DNA of 49,580 bases, filler included, from Dimargaris cristalligena (Eukaryota), in NCBI GenBank assembly GCA_003614675.1. It is 2 parts of 2 records of this genome, joined end to end, with 100 filler letters (N's around TTAATTAATTAA, not from the genome) between each part and the next. Parts side by side here need not be neighbours in the genome. Positions count along the whole stretch, not along the records: positions 24,878 to 49,580 come from ML002577.1; 1 more part is not named here. The stretch is one strand, 5' to 3'. The translations under genes and the position numbers were made by a program. Below are positions 46,861 through 49,580 of the stretch, in pieces. The notes below the pieces were generated by a model. The model did not search any database. It was not told where the DNA came from and saw only the letters and a program-made list of their open reading frames with translations. Position 1 is the first letter of the stretch; every line of letters starts with the position of its first letter.

Positions 46861-49559
46861 ATGTTCAATCTACCCCTTCTCTGGTCACGGATTACCCGGC
46901 CGCCAGGTTCGCAGCAAGGGCTACAGTTTGTCTACCAGCGGCTTGAGGGCTTAGGAGCCAGGCGGGCTGTTGCTAATGGCCCTCATCGTTCTCTACCCGC
47001 TTCTGCCCCAGAGAATCCCGACCTTCATGCCAACTCCCCGGAGCTGATTCCTGTCCCAGGTGAACTGGCTCCGCCAGTGAGTACATTGCGCCCCTACCAG
47101 CAGGATTGCATCACCACCTCCCTCAGTGCCTTTGAAGCAGGCCTTCGGCGCCAGGCCGTGTCTTTACCCGTGGGTAAGCTGTCGCTCAAATGTCCACCCT
47201 CTCGACTGGCTTATTACACCTTGTATTAAAGTATTTGGCCTTTTCCCTTGTATTATATTAAATGGGGGATCTAACTGGTTACTGTAATTTGATATATATA
47301 TATATATTAACGTGATACTCGCTCTGATCCTGGCGGGCCATTTGCTTACACTTAACAGGCAGTGGTAAGACGGTAAGTAAATTATCTGGCTGGATTTCAT
47401 GAGTAGACGTGGACAGTAAGAGCAACTCGACGATTACATCTCCCGCGGCTAGTGCTTATATAGATGGTAATGCCCGCTGGGTATGTCATATAACAAACTA
47501 GCTTCGACCGTAGGCCACTACCGAATCACATATTACCCTCTAGGGGCTGCTTGGCCCATTTTTCGAATGCAGCAACCTAATCCTAGGAGGATCCATCCTC
47601 CATGTCTTGATTTCAACGCTGCCACTCTATTTACTCTTATAGGTAATTTTTTCGCATCTCATTTCGCAAATCCCCGACCGCCGTTCCGGTGCAAATAAAG
47701 TACTCATACTGGCCCATCGTGAAGAGCTGTTATTCCAGGCCAGTCGACAAATCGGCAAATATGCCCCCAACCTGGTATGCCTTTCCATCTCTTTAATTGC
47801 GCATGCGATGGCGGGTTTTCGGATATGGTGCTATAGGTGGAGGTTAACACCACTCACTACCGTCTGTAATGTAATAAACTTGGGCACGTAAGCGGGAGGT
47901 ATGGGTATTTCGCCGCACGCCCTCCCTCCCCCTTTAGGTGTATCCTTTACTACCTAGCTAAATTGGACACTACCCCCCCCCCTCTTGTTGGTTGGGAAGA
48001 CCCACTGTGTCACGGAGAATGTCCCACTAACTTCCGTTTAATGCACATTGTCTTGACTTTAAATAGCGAGTGGAGTTGGAGCAGGGGGTTAATCGCGCCA
48101 GTCCCCTGGCCGACGTCGTCGTGGCCAGCGTGATGACCCTCGGGCGACTCAACAGCAGTCGATTGTAGCGGTTTGACCCATCCCAATTCAAATGCATCAT
48201 TATTGACGAGGTATGTTCCAATGATTTGGCGGGTAGTAAGGATGCTTCATCTCATTATTGCCCCTTATTACTGTCGGACACAGTATCCTAACCCATATTA
48301 ATTGCGATTTTGGAAGGAGGAGGGTAGGGCCTCCATTACTCTATTGTGCACCAACCGATGCTTAGGCCCACCATGCCGCGGCCACGGTGTACCTGCGAAT
48401 TTTAACGCACTTTGGGGCCGATTCCCCCCAAAGCGAAGTGCTAGTATGGGGTTGCTCAGCCACCCTGCGACGTCACGATCGGCTTACCTTGGGGGTGGCC
48501 TTTGACAAAATTACATACCATCGTGACTTTATGCAAATGATTCGGGAAAAGTGGTAGGTTGTCCAGCCGGTGTAGAGTATTTTAATTTGGGAATAATCCG
48601 GATGAGACAATAGGGACAGTTAATTAACCACACTTCTCTCTTTCTCACCCACTTTGCTTGCTAACCACTACCACATGCCTTCTTTCGCTGGGTTTAGGCT
48701 GTGCCCAATTCGGGCGCTGGTGGTGCAAACCACCACGGATCTTTCCAAAGTCCATAGCTTGGCAGGGGACTTTGCGGTAAATGAGCTCTCCCAGCAGGTA
48801 AATACCGCTCGGCGCAATGACATGGTGGGACGGGCATGGCAGCAGGTGGCATACGCGCGACAGTCCACGCTAGTATTCGCAGTGGATGTGGCACATGTCC
48901 AAGGTTTGTGGGCGGCTTTCCGGGCGCATGGGGTGGCAGCCGAAATGGTTACCGGCACCACCCGCGCCGAGGACCGCTATGATATGTTGACGCGTTTCGC
49001 CCAGCGCAAGGTGCCCGTAATGATCAACTGTAGTATTTTAACGGAAGGCACGGACGTACCTGCAATTGACTGTATCATTATGGCGCGGCCCACCCGGAGC
49101 GCGGTACTCTACCAGCAGATGGTCGGACGGGGATTGCGTCTATACCCCGACAAAACCGACTGCTTAGTGGTGGACTTTGTCGATGTGGCCAAGTCCAAGG
49201 CTAACCTACTCACTACCCCTAGCCTGACAGGAATTGAGCCTGTCACTACCTTCCGTGAGCGCCCCCCACGCGACGCGTCCGAAGGAAGCCCAGAGTTTAT
49301 CGACGATGGGGCCCTGGAGGTAGTACGTGAACATGCGGACCAGGCGGCGGCCAGCCCCACCGGCGCAGTCTCGTTCCGGGTCGAAGCACAAAAGCACCCC
49401 TTTCTGGAATGGGCGAGCCGGCAACAATCGAGGCATGACAGCACCTCTAGGGTGAGTTCACTTGCCTGGGTCCAAATTCACAAAGGGCAGTATGTGTTGA
49501 GCAGCGGGCCCCAGATGTACGTTTATGTCGAAAGGACGCCGGCTGTGATACACTCTTGA
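46861..49559 (+). CDS. IRC3: IRC3-like mitochondrial SF2 DExH helicase with in-frame TAG at 48166-48168; exons 46861-47173, 47359-47372, 47643-47774, 48067-48210, 48366-48553, 48698 to at least 49559
   Basis: LRPYQQDCI, AVSLPVG|SGKT|VIF, VLILAHREELLFQA, IIIDE|AHH, WGCSAT, STLVFAVDVAHV, NCSILTEGTDVPAIDCIIMARPTRSAVLYQQMVGRGLRLYPDKTDCLVVDFVD. Functional status and 3' end uncertain. Confidence 0.85.
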
Positions 49560-49580
49560 TGAAGAGGGTGGTGTCGGTTA

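Noticed and set aside
48166-48168. Genome-wide reassignment of TAG to a sense codon
   Set aside because: TAG is the terminal stop at the canonical Aha1 C-terminus (32298-32296) and ends lipin, NDUFV1 and the Zn2Cys6 gene; no other conserved exon in the window has an internal TAG.
1-49580. Transposons, CRISPR arrays, tRNA or rRNA genes
   Set aside because: No transposase or reverse transcriptase motifs, terminal repeats, regularly spaced repeats or cloverleaf structures recognised by eye; short RNAs could have been missed without covariance-model searches.

Overview
Gene-dense, intron-containing eukaryotic DNA, clearly fungal; an early-diverging lineage is likely but is inference only. Exons were rebuilt by hand from GT-AG sites and protein family motifs. 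Genes in order: KAR9-like protein with a C-terminal GAR/Gas2-like segment (-); Crz1-like three-finger C2H2 factor (+); acetyl-CoA acetyltransferase; Zn2Cys6 factor; APRT; lipin/PAH1; COQ7; a 100-nt artificial contig spacer; a gap-truncated Pro-rich probable transcription factor (-); about 5 kb of gene-poor DNA; AHA1 (-); GATOR2 subunit MIOS/SEA4 (-); mitoribosomal uS14m; DRG2/RBG2 GTPase; complex I 51-kDa subunit; an orphan ORF; IRC3-like mitochondrial helicase. No tRNA, rRNA, transposon or CRISPR array was recognised. Main leads: (1) AHA1 has two in-phase alternative terminal exons, one giving the canonical soluble TFGFGAVF end and one adding a basic linker plus a transmembrane tail-anchor; (2) the Crz1-like gene's N-terminal region runs across three frames joined by two identical A-C7-AA sites, each needing a +1 shift; (3) IRC3 has an in-frame TAG in a conserved exon and a 14-nt Walker A microexon; (4) many introns have unusually distant branch points with long AG-free zones.
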